Sequence record: PX880102.1
DNA length: 64,000 nucleotides
Reading direction: 5' to 3' (one strand)
Source of the DNA: a phage
Part shown: piece by piece, positions 1 to 8,978 of the stretch
Layout: every line of letters begins with the position of its first letter
Numbering within the stretch: the first letter of the stretch is position 1
The notes under the pieces: model-generated
Database searches by the model: none
Told to the model about the DNA's origin: nothing
The model's input: the letters and a program-made list of their open reading frames with translations, nothing else
Program-made: the position numbers and the translations under genes

Positions 1-693
1 TTGCTCTGGAAACTCTCTATTGATTTGTTCAAGCGCTCTATTATGTTTAGAATTACTACGAATTGAACTACATCCGCCAGGAGCTTGTGCTTTTCCAGAT
101 ACAACTAGATATTTGAACAAGGCCAAATGCGGATAACCTTGATTAATTAAATTGAGAAATGCATACATATCTTCGCATAAATCAATTTTTCCATACCCAA
201 TTTGTTCTGTCGTAAGTTTTCCGAGGTCATACCATGTATTCGTGAATCCATATGAATTTTCACGATAATTACCCCAAGATGAAGTAATTTTAAAAATTGG
301 TAGACGAGCATGGCCATGATAATACCCGCAATCCATGGCATCTTCAACGTATTGAATTAATTCATAGAACTGTTCACGAGTTAATTGATTAACTTTATCT
401 ACGCAGCGACGATCATCTCTCTTTCGCATTGAACTCATACGAATAGTAGTATCATCGTCAATCATCCAGATTCGTTGACCTGCATACATATCAGTAATTG
501 CTTTACGAGTTCCAGCAATTCCGTTTACATCATCAGGAATAGTTATAATTTTAGCTCTAGACCCATAGGCATCATAATAAGCTTTTTCTTCATGCTCACG
601 CACTACAATATGTGGTTCATAATCAGTCGGAAACATATCAAGGGCAGAAACTGCCCCGACACGCTGATAGCTTGGAATTACGAATTGAATCAT
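1..693 (-). CDS. Glycosyltransferase, N-terminal 231 codons (3' end beyond window); DxD-type, possibly beta-glucosyl-HMC-alpha-glucosyltransferase-like
   Basis: Hand translation of minus strand from ATG 693..691 (ATGA overlap with gene 42 stop) is open to position 1; contains WMIDDDTT motif; starts MIQFVIPSYQRVG, unlike T4 beta-gt as I recall it. Confidence 0.6.
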   Translation of the reverse strand, partial: MIQFVIPSYQRVGAVSALDMFPTDYEPHIVVREHEEKAYYDAYGSRAKIITIPDDVNGIAGTRKAITDMYAGQRIWMIDDDTTIRMSSMRKRDDRRCVDKVNQLTREQFYELIQYVEDAMDCGYYHGHARLPIFKITSSWGNYRENSYGFTNTWYDLGKLTTEQIGYGKIDLCEDMYAFLNLINQGYPHLALFKYLVVSGKAQAPGGCSSIRSNSKHNRALEQINREFPEQ

Positions 694-1430
694 TTCCACT
701 CACCGTTATAATCTTTTTTCACAATATGAGTTTCGCCAGTATTCCACCAATGATCAACCAAGTAAAAATGACGAGAATATACATGAAGACTTCCAACATT
801 CCATATAATAGAACCTGCTTTATACTGACGAGTTGAATCGCCTGCATTCAAATCAGATACTAATTTATCTAATACGTATTTTTGCCATGCATAATCATTA
901 CGGAATCCGAAGACCACGTCATTTGAGCGCATGCTTACTACTGCATTGACTTTCTTATCACGAATCAGGTATTGTACTGTATTCGTGCACATGAAATCTG
1001 ACATGCCGTCTTTGCTGTAGTCAAACTGCATAGATGGACGAGTATAAATCATGATACCACGTCGAGAATCAGGATTTTGACCAAGTTCAGCTAAACACAT
1101 ATCATACTGAGCATAGTTATCTTCTGACCAGATAGCCCAACCATAATTCGAGTTAATTTCGCCTTTAGAAGATGCTACCTGCTGCCAAATCTTTGGTGTT
1201 TCACCTGGAATATCTTTGACAAACAGACTTTGAGACTTGTACCATTCAAGTTCACGCTGAATGTATTCATCATTAAGAGCGCCAAAAATAAACGGTTCAT
1301 CTGCTACAAATGATGCGCCAATAATTTCAATAGTTTTAACGCCGGTTTTATCAACTACGAAATCTTTTTCCTTTAATGCAAGCCCCAAATGAAGACGGAT
1401 TTCTTCAACTGTCATAGAGTCACTAATCAT
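690..1430 (-). CDS. 42: dCMP hydroxymethylase gp42
   Basis: ORF track 246 aa, same length as T4 gp42 and sequence recognised from memory; synteny 43-imm-42. Confidence 0.9.
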   Translation of the reverse strand: MISDSMTVEEIRLHLGLALKEKDFVVDKTGVKTIEIIGASFVADEPFIFGALNDEYIQRELEWYKSQSLFVKDIPGETPKIWQQVASSKGEINSNYGWAIWSEDNYAQYDMCLAELGQNPDSRRGIMIYTRPSMQFDYSKDGMSDFMCTNTVQYLIRDKKVNAVVSMRSNDVVFGFRNDYAWQKYVLDKLVSDLNAGDSTRQYKAGSIIWNVGSLHVYSRHFYLVDHWWNTGETHIVKKDYNGEWK

Positions 1431-1537
1431 TTAAACCTCAATTGATACATTCATATTTAACTTGTAACAGTAATAAACCCCAACCTAAAATAATAGTTGG
1501 AATCATAAGAGGAACCGTTACACTATAGTATATACTT

Positions 1538-1562
1538 ATTATAATCATCAAGATTAAAAGCA
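1538..1562 (-). promoter_or_regulatory. Candidate MotA-dependent middle promoter upstream of gene 42
   Basis: Minus strand reads TGCTTTTA (MotA-box-like), 11 nt, TATAAT. Confidence 0.4.
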
Positions 1563-1583
1563 ACACTGCTATAATTTTGCTTT

Positions 1584-1835
1584 TCATTCCTTCTCTCTGA
1601 TGATAATTACCTGATTTGGTTGTGCAGACTTTTTGGTTTCACCCGCAATTGACCAAATAAATGTAATAAACCAACCAATAATTGACCAGTTAAACAGTAA
1701 AGATGTGAAAAAGATTCCTACTGTCGATTTTGACCCACGCATCAAGGCGATGAACCATGGAAGCATGTATATAATAATAGCCAACACACCTGAAACTAAA
1801 ACCATAAAAATTGAACCTGCTACTAAAGTTTCCAT
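1584..1835 (-). CDS. imm: Superinfection immunity protein Imm (membrane)
   Basis: 83 aa hydrophobic protein, same length and position as T4 Imm. Confidence 0.8.
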   Translation of the reverse strand: METLVAGSIFMVLVSGVLAIIIYMLPWFIALMRGSKSTVGIFFTSLLFNWSIIGWFITFIWSIAGETKKSAQPNQVIIIREKE

Positions 1836-1842
1836 CTTTTCC

Positions 1843-2223
1843 TCACTTAGTCAAATTTTTTACGCATGAATTATAAGAATTCACTACATACTCCATCGGA
1901 GCATTTTTACCAGTACGCCATTGGTAATTATTAGCCCAATTAGCCCAAAGTTCAGCGCAGTAGTTTTCAATTTTTTCTTCGCGTGTAATTACATCTGAAT
2001 TACGATATGCTTGGGCAGATTCATCTGGACGAATAGCTTCATCAAAATTCGCCTGCATTTGTTCTACTGTCTGTTTTGGAGCTTCTTTATAACACTTGAC
2101 GTTAGGATTATAAAATTTGCTTGAACAGTTTACAATTTTTCCTACATCAGACTGATTTACTACCGGTCCTTGAGCTACACAGCCAGTAAGACCCAATGCA
2201 ATAACCAAAATAGCGATTTTCAT
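1843..2223 (-). CDS. Hypothetical lipoprotein (signal peptide with LTGC lipobox)
   Basis: ORF track 126 aa; N-terminal MKIAILVIALGLTGC. Confidence 0.5.
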   Translation of the reverse strand: MKIAILVIALGLTGCVAQGPVVNQSDVGKIVNCSSKFYNPNVKCYKEAPKQTVEQMQANFDEAIRPDESAQAYRNSDVITREEKIENYCAELWANWANNYQWRTGKNAPMEYVVNSYNSCVKNLTK

Positions 2224-2233
2224 AACAATTTCC

Positions 2234-2482
2234 TCAAATACAAGTAGTAATTACTCCAGTGGTGCTTACACAGGTATTACCTAATTGAACACCCAGCGTT
2301 CCATTAGTATTCATATGAAGATTATCATCAATTTTTGTTGATACTTTACCATTCATGTGAATAACAGTATTAGATTCAATCACATTCTGAGTATCATTTT
2401 CAATATCAATAAATGAAACAGCTGCTAATGCAACTAAACACACTGCTAAGCAACCATAAACAATTTTCATTTTATTCTCCAA
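2234..2482 (-). CDS. Hypothetical small secreted protein
   Basis: ORF track 82 aa; N-terminal signal-like hydrophobic segment; preceded by early promoter cassette. Confidence 0.45.
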   Translation of the reverse strand: MENKMKIVYGCLAVCLVALAAVSFIDIENDTQNVIESNTVIHMNGKVSTKIDDNLHMNTNGTLGVQLGNTCVSTTGVITTCI

Positions 2483-2502
2483 ATCCGTATCAGTTGATAG
2501 TT

Positions 2503-2534
2503 GTATAGTACCACAGAGGAACAGTCTTGTAAAC
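2503..2534 (-). promoter_or_regulatory. T4-type early promoter
   Basis: Minus strand GTTTAC -35 and TGGTACTAT -10 region with AT-rich upstream element. Confidence 0.6.
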
Positions 2535-2616
2535 AGTTTTGTGAAAAATTTTTTAGGGAATTCTAAAGGTCCAGAATCATCTGTTTTTCATAAGTATAGA
2601 TTTATATTACTTGTAT

Positions 2617-2638
2617 GAAAAAGGGACCCGGAGGTCCC
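2617..2638 (-). terminator. Intrinsic terminator / stabilising hairpin downstream of gene 43
   Basis: GGGACC-UCCG-GGUCCC followed by U-run on minus strand. Confidence 0.65.
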
Positions 2639-2651
2639 TAGATTTATTCTA

Positions 2652-5348
2652 TCAGCCAAACAGGAAGTCTAACGAAGCTTTTTCTTCATAGTCCATACCA
2701 GCCGATTCACACATGCCCGCAAGCGGTTTAACAAACGATTTTTGGAACAAAGTTGAGTAGTCAATCCAAGACAGTACGTCAGAACGAATTTCTTTTGGAA
2801 GTTCTGTGCCTGATGGCCAAGCAATGCACTTGTCACCAAATGGATTTCCTTCACGTAATGGAAGAACCATTACCTTATTTCCATCCAAAATTGGAGCTAC
2901 ACCTAAACCGCTAACAGCTCGACGATAAGTTAGCACGCCACGAATATGGAACGGACATTTAAATCCTGGCCAACCTTTATCATCATATTTCGCTATATCG
3001 TTCGCAGTTTTTACTTCAGCAATAACTTTATAGTCAAGTTGACGATATTCTTTCTCAAAGTTCTTGTAGTATTCTTGGACAGACTCTTCGCCTTCCTGAA
3101 GAATACGACGAATACTTTCTTCGAGAGCTTCTTGCACTGCTTTTGGTGTTGAACTCTGCTGAGTTTCCATACCCATGATTTTTAGATGCGGTTCAGCAAA
3201 TCGCTTATCTTCCATATCATAAACGTTCAGAGCATAACGTTTTTTCGCTTTCCAAAATCCACCAACACCCTTTGAACCAAGCGGAGGGCAAGAAATAGCT
3301 TCACGGTCCATATGCATCAGATGCTCGCGGTTATTCATATAATCACATAACTCACGATATGCAACATCAATCATAGGTTCCATCTTTTTCTTACCAAACT
3401 GATTCATGAATTCAACTAAATCATTTTGTTCTTTAAAGCGGTCAAGACCTACTTTTTCAATTACTTTATCTACACAAACATATACCGAATCAGTATCACC
3501 TGCTGCGATGAAATCTTCACCATTAGTTCCACATACTTTATTCAGATATTCATTAATTTTGCGAGCAATCCATTGAATACCAACTTGACCGAAAATTGTG
3601 ATAGCAGTAGCATTTCGCAAATCATAGTAACGGAAATGAATATTACCAAGAGCACCATAAAGACTGTTAATAAGAATTTTACGGTTCAGCTGATTTGTGT
3701 TAGCAAGTGTAGCGGCTTTTTCACATTCTTCAATCAGACTATTGAGAACAGATTCGGTGTAATTCGATAATTCGTTTAAGAAATCATCACTGAACTTAAC
3801 ATATCGTTCAACTTCTGGTTTAGTTGAACAAGACCCTGCACCTTTCATAATAATCTTTTTAATAGCTTCGGCATTCATTTCTTCCGCGAACATTTTCTTT
3901 TTCCAATCTTTACGCTGGAAAAATACTTTAGCGATTTCCTTTGGAATGATACCTTCTTGGTGCTTATCATACATCCATCCATTCGGAGAGCAAGAATATT
4001 CATCACTTGGCTTAGGAGCTGTTCCTGCGATATATTCATGAATTGGATGAACTTTAAATTGCCCACGAATAGTCTCAGGACTAATGTTAACCTGACGAAT
4101 AATGCTAGGATACAGAGACGTCAAGTCAAAACTCATAATGTATCTACGAGCAATCGGTTTAGGTTCAAACACAAATGCACCTGGAAAACTCTGTTTAACG
4201 TGCGAACCTTGTTGAGGAATAACCTTATGTTCACCTTTCAGTGAGTTAAAAATAATAGCATCCCAAGTTTTAATAGGACTCATTACACCAGAAAAAGGCA
4301 TTTTAGCGTAATAAGACATACTTAAAACTAGATCGATAAACCCACGAATTTTATCAATTGCTTGAACTGATTCTACGTCAATGATGTTATAACTAATGTA
4401 TCGTTGATGATTAGTCTCACGAAGTTTATTAATAGGACCATCGTACGGCAATTTACCTTTTTTGGTTTCATGTTGAGCAACTGATTCCAAAGAGAATGAT
4501 GGCAAATTAGTAAATGCGAATTTCTTGTACAAATCTAAATAATCAAGAATAGATACGCCATCAATAGAATAAATTTCTTTGCTACCGTACATATTTTGAA
4601 TTAGTTTAGATTTTACTCGACCGATTGGAGAGAAGCGCTTCATACTACGTTCACCGAGAACCATTTTAACGCGATTCATAATATACGGAACGTCAAATCC
4701 CTCAATATTCCAACCAGTAAAAATAGCAGGTCGTTTCTGTTCCCAGAGATTAATATATTCCATGAGCATATCACGCTCATTATCAAATGGCATATAAATT
4801 ACTCGGTCAAGAATTTCTTGAGGAACTTCATCACCACCTTCGCAGTCGAGCTTAGCAGCTAACTTTGCATCCCATTTTGATACTGAACCGTACATCGAAT
4901 TCAACAAATCAAAGACGTAAAAACGATCGTCAATTGAATCATAATGAGTGATAGCATCAATTTCATATTCTGCTTTCATTGGGTCAGGAAATTTATCACC
5001 AGTAACCTCAATGTCACAGTTAGCTACACGAACAAATTTTCGATCATAAACAATTTCTGAACCATATGTATCACTGATATAAGCGAGTTTAAAATCGTTC
5101 ATACCGAGAGCTTCGAGACCGATGTCTTCCATTCGCTTCATCCAGTCTCGTGCATCTTTCATTGATGGAAATTTTTGAGGAGCGCAATTTTTACCATAAA
5201 TGTCTTTGTATTTTGACTCTTCCTTACAATGTCTAAACATAGTCGGAAGATATTCTACTTCACGAGTACGTTCCTTTCCGTTTTCATCAATATAACGCTC
5301 AACAATATTATTTCCGACTGTTTCGATAGAGATATAAAATTCTTTCAT
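2652..5348 (-). CDS. 43: DNA polymerase gp43 (family B)
   Basis: 898 aa, same length as T4 gp43 and sequence recognised from memory (MKEFYISIETVGNN...); operator hairpin upstream. Confidence 0.97.
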   Translation of the reverse strand: MKEFYISIETVGNNIVERYIDENGKERTREVEYLPTMFRHCKEESKYKDIYGKNCAPQKFPSMKDARDWMKRMEDIGLEALGMNDFKLAYISDTYGSEIVYDRKFVRVANCDIEVTGDKFPDPMKAEYEIDAITHYDSIDDRFYVFDLLNSMYGSVSKWDAKLAAKLDCEGGDEVPQEILDRVIYMPFDNERDMLMEYINLWEQKRPAIFTGWNIEGFDVPYIMNRVKMVLGERSMKRFSPIGRVKSKLIQNMYGSKEIYSIDGVSILDYLDLYKKFAFTNLPSFSLESVAQHETKKGKLPYDGPINKLRETNHQRYISYNIIDVESVQAIDKIRGFIDLVLSMSYYAKMPFSGVMSPIKTWDAIIFNSLKGEHKVIPQQGSHVKQSFPGAFVFEPKPIARRYIMSFDLTSLYPSIIRQVNISPETIRGQFKVHPIHEYIAGTAPKPSDEYSCSPNGWMYDKHQEGIIPKEIAKVFFQRKDWKKKMFAEEMNAEAIKKIIMKGAGSCSTKPEVERYVKFSDDFLNELSNYTESVLNSLIEECEKAATLANTNQLNRKILINSLYGALGNIHFRYYDLRNATAITIFGQVGIQWIARKINEYLNKVCGTNGEDFIAAGDTDSVYVCVDKVIEKVGLDRFKEQNDLVEFMNQFGKKKMEPMIDVAYRELCDYMNNREHLMHMDREAISCPPLGSKGVGGFWKAKKRYALNVYDMEDKRFAEPHLKIMGMETQQSSTPKAVQEALEESIRRILQEGEESVQEYYKNFEKEYRQLDYKVIAEVKTANDIAKYDDKGWPGFKCPFHIRGVLTYRRAVSGLGVAPILDGNKVMVLPLREGNPFGDKCIAWPSGTELPKEIRSDVLSWIDYSTLFQKSFVKPLAGMCESAGMDYEEKASLDFLFG

Positions 5349-5366
5349 AGATATTCCTTAGTTTAT

Positions 5367-5384
5367 AGCCCGAGTTATTAGGCT
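5367..5384 (-). promoter_or_regulatory. gp43 translational operator hairpin
   Basis: Minus strand AGCCU-AAUAACUC-GGGCU (5-bp stem, 8-nt loop) just upstream of AAGGA Shine-Dalgarno and gene 43 ATG, as in T4. Confidence 0.75.
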
Positions 5385-5406
5385 CTTGATATATTATACT
5401 CCAAAT

Positions 5407-5424
5407 AAGGGGCCGAAGCCCCTT
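5407..5424 (-). terminator. C(UUCG)G hairpin upstream of gene 43 operator
   Basis: GGGGC-UUCG-GCCCC on minus strand. Confidence 0.6.
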
Positions 5425-5426
5425 GC

Positions 5427-5660
5427 TTAAATTAATACCACTTGTCGGTGAAAAATTGTCAATCCATCTGCATTAATTGACTTAACCACTGCTGTAAAGT
5501 GTTTTTGTTCTGGGTGAACTAATTTTTGAAATTCTACCTGAAATTTTAGTTGGAGGTTTTCCGGTAAATCAAAAAGTGTTTCTGTTGCAGAAAGATTATA
5601 TTTTTCTTTAAGAGACGCCATGTATTCTTGCGAGGTTATAGCAGTCATATTAATTACCAA
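5427..5660 (-). CDS. Hypothetical protein between regA and 43
   Basis: ORF track 77 aa; overlaps regA 3' end by 11 nt; start uncertain. Confidence 0.35.
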   Translation of the reverse strand: MVINMTAITSQEYMASLKEKYNLSATETLFDLPENLQLKFQVEFQKLVHPEQKHFTAVVKSINADGLTIFHRQVVLI

Positions 5661-6018
5661 TCGTATATTTGGGAACGAGTTTCCATTCGTGTTTTTGTTT
5701 AAAAGAAATAACTCGGAAGTTATTAGTTAAATCTTTCATAAAAGTTCTTTGACCAGGAACGATTTCAATCAATCCCCAATCTTCTAATAGCCATGCAATC
5801 GAATCACGACGAACTTCATCTTCTTCTGTCATTTCAACCTGGCGACCATCCATACGAAGCATTTCTTTAAAATGAACGATATAGTATAGTCCTTTTTTCT
5901 GAAGAATGTGGCAGGACTGATACAGAACTTTATCTTTATTATTAGCAATTCCCATACGAGTCAAAGTTTCTTTTACTTTCAGAAAATCTTCAGGTTTTTT
6001 AAGAGTAATTTCAATCAT
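5650..6018 (-). CDS. regA: Translational repressor RegA
   Basis: 122 aa, matches T4 RegA length and sequence from memory; synteny. Confidence 0.9.
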   Translation of the reverse strand: MIEITLKKPEDFLKVKETLTRMGIANNKDKVLYQSCHILQKKGLYYIVHFKEMLRMDGRQVEMTEEDEVRRDSIAWLLEDWGLIEIVPGQRTFMKDLTNNFRVISFKQKHEWKLVPKYTIGN

Positions 6019-6019
6019 T

Positions 6020-6583
6020 TTACCATTCCAATGCTAGTTTTTTGAGTTGTTTCTGTTCTTTTACATTCTTAGTCACTTCTTTCAAAAAATCATCCGTGAC
6101 TAAACCTTTTAGTTCTTTTAATACTAAAGGAAGTTTTCCATTTTTAGTAAGAATTGATTTATAGTTAATTGCATCATTTGTATTAACTTGATACCGCTTA
6201 GCAAGTAACTTAATAATCAATACTTCAGTAGAATCTTCGACCAGTTTTGCCCATTTACCATATCTTTTACCACGAGGAACAGCAGCCATCAGATAATTAA
6301 AATGGGCTTCATCGCTTAAACCTGATCCAATTAAATTCATAGCATATACAGCTGGCATGCATTCAGGAAATTGTGATAATGCATTCTCAACCATGTATTT
6401 TGAATAATCTTTTTGAGCAATAGAGCATTTAGTTTTATTATTAATAGCTCCAATTATTTCAAAAAATTCATTTTCAGCTTTTTCCTTAAAAGAATCAGCA
6501 GCAGATTGGACAGCTGTCCAATCTTTTGAATACCAAGCGACTTGATGCTCGTTTAATTGAATATCATCTTCAAATAAGCTCAT
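6020..6583 (-). CDS. 62: Clamp loader small subunit gp62
   Basis: 187 aa as in T4; adjacent to and coupled with gene 44. Confidence 0.9.
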   Translation of the reverse strand: MSLFEDDIQLNEHQVAWYSKDWTAVQSAADSFKEKAENEFFEIIGAINNKTKCSIAQKDYSKYMVENALSQFPECMPAVYAMNLIGSGLSDEAHFNYLMAAVPRGKRYGKWAKLVEDSTEVLIIKLLAKRYQVNTNDAINYKSILTKNGKLPLVLKELKGLVTDDFLKEVTKNVKEQKQLKKLALEW

Positions 6584-6584
6584 A

Positions 6585-7544
6585 TCACTTCCACTGCATT
6601 TCGCATGCTAATTGAATGAAAAGATATGCTAAATGTAATTCCGTATTAGCCGCAATTCCGTGATACTGGTTATTTTCACCAACAATTTCATACATACGAA
6701 TAATACTTTGCGGAGTTACGCGTGTATAGATTTCTTCGGCAAGTTTACCTACGAACCACGAATAATCAGCTGCATATTTTGGCGCTAAAGCTCTAAGCTG
6801 TTTAACATCTTTATTTTTGAGAGATTCAAGAACATCATCAATAGCACCACGATCGTTAGTAACCAGTGATAAAATACCAGCATCCAAAACACCTTTAGAT
6901 GAATAACTATCGAGCTCACCAATAGTTTTACGAAAATCAGGAAAATTCTTTTTAACCAAAGCTGCTACAACTTTCATATCAGCTATAGCAATTCCTTCAT
7001 GCTTGCAGATTTCAGTCAATCGACGAATCATCTGCTTCATCATTTCAATTTTATCTTCATCGGTCGGTTGACCGAATGTAATAACTCGGCAGCGTGACTG
7101 AAGCGGTTTAATAATACCATCAATATTGTTAGCAGTAATAATAATACTACAGTTTGAACTATAAGCTTCCATAAAGGAACGAAGATGTCGCTGAGACTCT
7201 GCTAACCCTGAGCGGTCAAATTCATCAATAACAATTACTTTTTGACGACCATCAAATGAAGCTGCACTAGCAAAATTAGTCAAAGGACCGCGAACGAAAT
7301 CAATTTTACAGTCTGATCCATTCACAAACATCATATCAGCATTTACATCATGACACAATGCTTTTGCTACAGTTGTTTTACCTGTTCCTGGAGAAGGAGA
7401 ATGAAGAATAATATGTGGAATTTTACCTTTACTTGTAATAGATTTAAAGGTTTCTTTATCAAAGGCGGGAAGAATACATTCATCGATAGTAGATGGACGA
7501 TATTTCTGTTCAAGAATGTGTTCTTTTTCATTTACAGTAATCAT
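6585..7544 (-). CDS. 44: Clamp loader ATPase gp44
   Basis: Walker A GTGKTT; T4 gp44 begins MITVNEKEH, so start placed 5 codons inside the 324 aa ORF. Confidence 0.93.
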   Translation of the reverse strand: MITVNEKEHILEQKYRPSTIDECILPAFDKETFKSITSKGKIPHIILHSPSPGTGKTTVAKALCHDVNADMMFVNGSDCKIDFVRGPLTNFASAASFDGRQKVIVIDEFDRSGLAESQRHLRSFMEAYSSNCSIIITANNIDGIIKPLQSRCRVITFGQPTDEDKIEMMKQMIRRLTEICKHEGIAIADMKVVAALVKKNFPDFRKTIGELDSYSSKGVLDAGILSLVTNDRGAIDDVLESLKNKDVKQLRALAPKYAADYSWFVGKLAEEIYTRVTPQSIIRMYEIVGENNQYHGIAANTELHLAYLFIQLACEMQWK

Positions 7545-7575
7545 AATTTCCTCATTCAAGTTTTAGTGTAAATTT

Positions 7576-7591
7576 AAGGGCCGAAGCCCTT
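7576..7591 (-). terminator. C(UUCG)G hairpin between genes 45 and 44
   Basis: GGGC-UUCG-GCCC on minus strand; weak U-tract, likely RNA-stabilising. Confidence 0.5.
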
Positions 7592-7593
7592 TA

Positions 7594-8280
7594 TTAAAAA
7601 TCGTGGGTAGAATCAGCTTCAAGAGCTACTACATAATTCGCGTGTTCACCTTCAAATTTAGCAGCACCCTGTTTACCTTTTGCCCAAAGCAGAAGTTTGT
7701 AATTTCCTGGTTGCATTTTCATATTTGCCATATTGATAATGAAATTAAATGTATTTTCACCATCATAATCACCAAGAGTCAAAGAATATTTAACGCGGGT
7801 CAAAGCAGAATCTTCTACTTTATTAAAACCGTTAATTACGATTTTACCTTCTTTTACTGTGATAGCAATTGTATCAATCTGCAGACCGCGAGATACACGC
7901 AACAGCTGCTGAAGGTCTTCAGCTTTAATTTCAGTAACAACAGATGCTACCGGGAATGGAATTGGTTTATTAGGAGCAACTACTGTGCTCGGATCGGCTG
8001 CTGGCCAAAAAATTGTTGAACGAGCATCAGCAATTTTAATATTTCCATCTTCTGACTGGGAAATTTCTGCATCGTCATTAACTAGAGACAGAATACCGAG
8101 AAAACCGTTCAAATCGTAAATTGCTACATCAAAATCAATAGTGTCAGAAATATTTGCTTCCGCATAAGTTGTACCATTAACTGCGCGAGTCATAATAAAT
8201 TGACCAGATTTAAGCATAATGCCAGAGTTAATAGTAGCGAAATTTTTAAGCAGAGCAGTAGTATCTTTAGACAGTTTCAT
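7594..8280 (-). CDS. 45: Sliding clamp gp45
   Basis: 228 aa; sequence matches T4 gp45 from memory. Confidence 0.95.
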   Translation of the reverse strand: MKLSKDTTALLKNFATINSGIMLKSGQFIMTRAVNGTTYAEANISDTIDFDVAIYDLNGFLGILSLVNDDAEISQSEDGNIKIADARSTIFWPAADPSTVVAPNKPIPFPVASVVTEIKAEDLQQLLRVSRGLQIDTIAITVKEGKIVINGFNKVEDSALTRVKYSLTLGDYDGENTFNFIINMANMKMQPGNYKLLLWAKGKQGAAKFEGEHANYVVALEADSTHDF

Positions 8281-8335
8281 GTAATTTCCTTCAATTCAAA
8301 TGAGATTTAATTTTATAACTAATTTAATAAAGCAA

Positions 8336-8725
8336 TTAACGATTAAAATCGGCAGCAATTGTTTCCGCAACAATTTGAGCAGCAACAATTAGACGTTCAT
8401 CTGCATTGCCACAATAATCGTCTTCAAGGCGTTCACCACATGAAGTCATAATAAATTTAGCACCAGCATTTAAAGATTCTGTCGTATGTTTGCGCATTAG
8501 TTCAATCCATTTATTACTTACTTCACGATCGATAGCTTCATAATACGCATGACGAGCAGGTGCAGATTTAATTTTGTTCTGAATAACTTCCATCGCGTTA
8601 TCAGAAAGAGACAAAACCCATGCTCGACGAATTTTATTTTGGTTTTGTGGATTTGATTCAGAACGCACGTGTTTTGGCTGAATATCTTTTACATCAACAG
8701 TATAATTCACAGTAATTTTAGTCAT
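8336..8725 (-). CDS. rpbA: RNA polymerase binding protein RpbA
   Basis: 129 aa; position downstream of 45.2 and upstream of 45 as in T4. Confidence 0.75.
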
Positions 8726-8734
8726 AATACACCT

Positions 8735-8923
8735 TTAGTCATAATAATCAGTAACAGTCCAAGCTTCATTTCTGTTGGACATTATTTTCGTATATTCTGC
8801 TTTAAATGCATTCTTAAGCATAGATTCAGTAACTATATGCTCTTCATTAGAAAAATTATTTCTCAGAATATATCGTTTTATTTCAGGAATAGTTAATAGA
8901 TGCTGTCCAGTTGAATATTCCAT
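8735..8923 (-). CDS. Hypothetical protein (45.2 position)
   Basis: ORF track 62 aa; synteny. Confidence 0.5.
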   Translation of the reverse strand: MEYSTGQHLLTIPEIKRYILRNNFSNEEHIVTESMLKNAFKAEYTKIMSNRNEAWTVTDYYD

Positions 8924-8978
8924 GTTTTTCCTCCATAGAGATTATACTCTAATAAATTAAAGCATAATCTCTTATAAA

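Noticed and set aside
147-347. 66 aa minus-strand ORF
   Set aside because: Out of frame inside the longer open frame that continues from the ATG at 693 to the window edge (the partial glycosyltransferase)
2946-4244. Several plus-strand ORFs of 68-114 aa inside gene 43
   Set aside because: Antisense to a recognised DNA polymerase gene, low-complexity AT-rich translations; typical spurious frames
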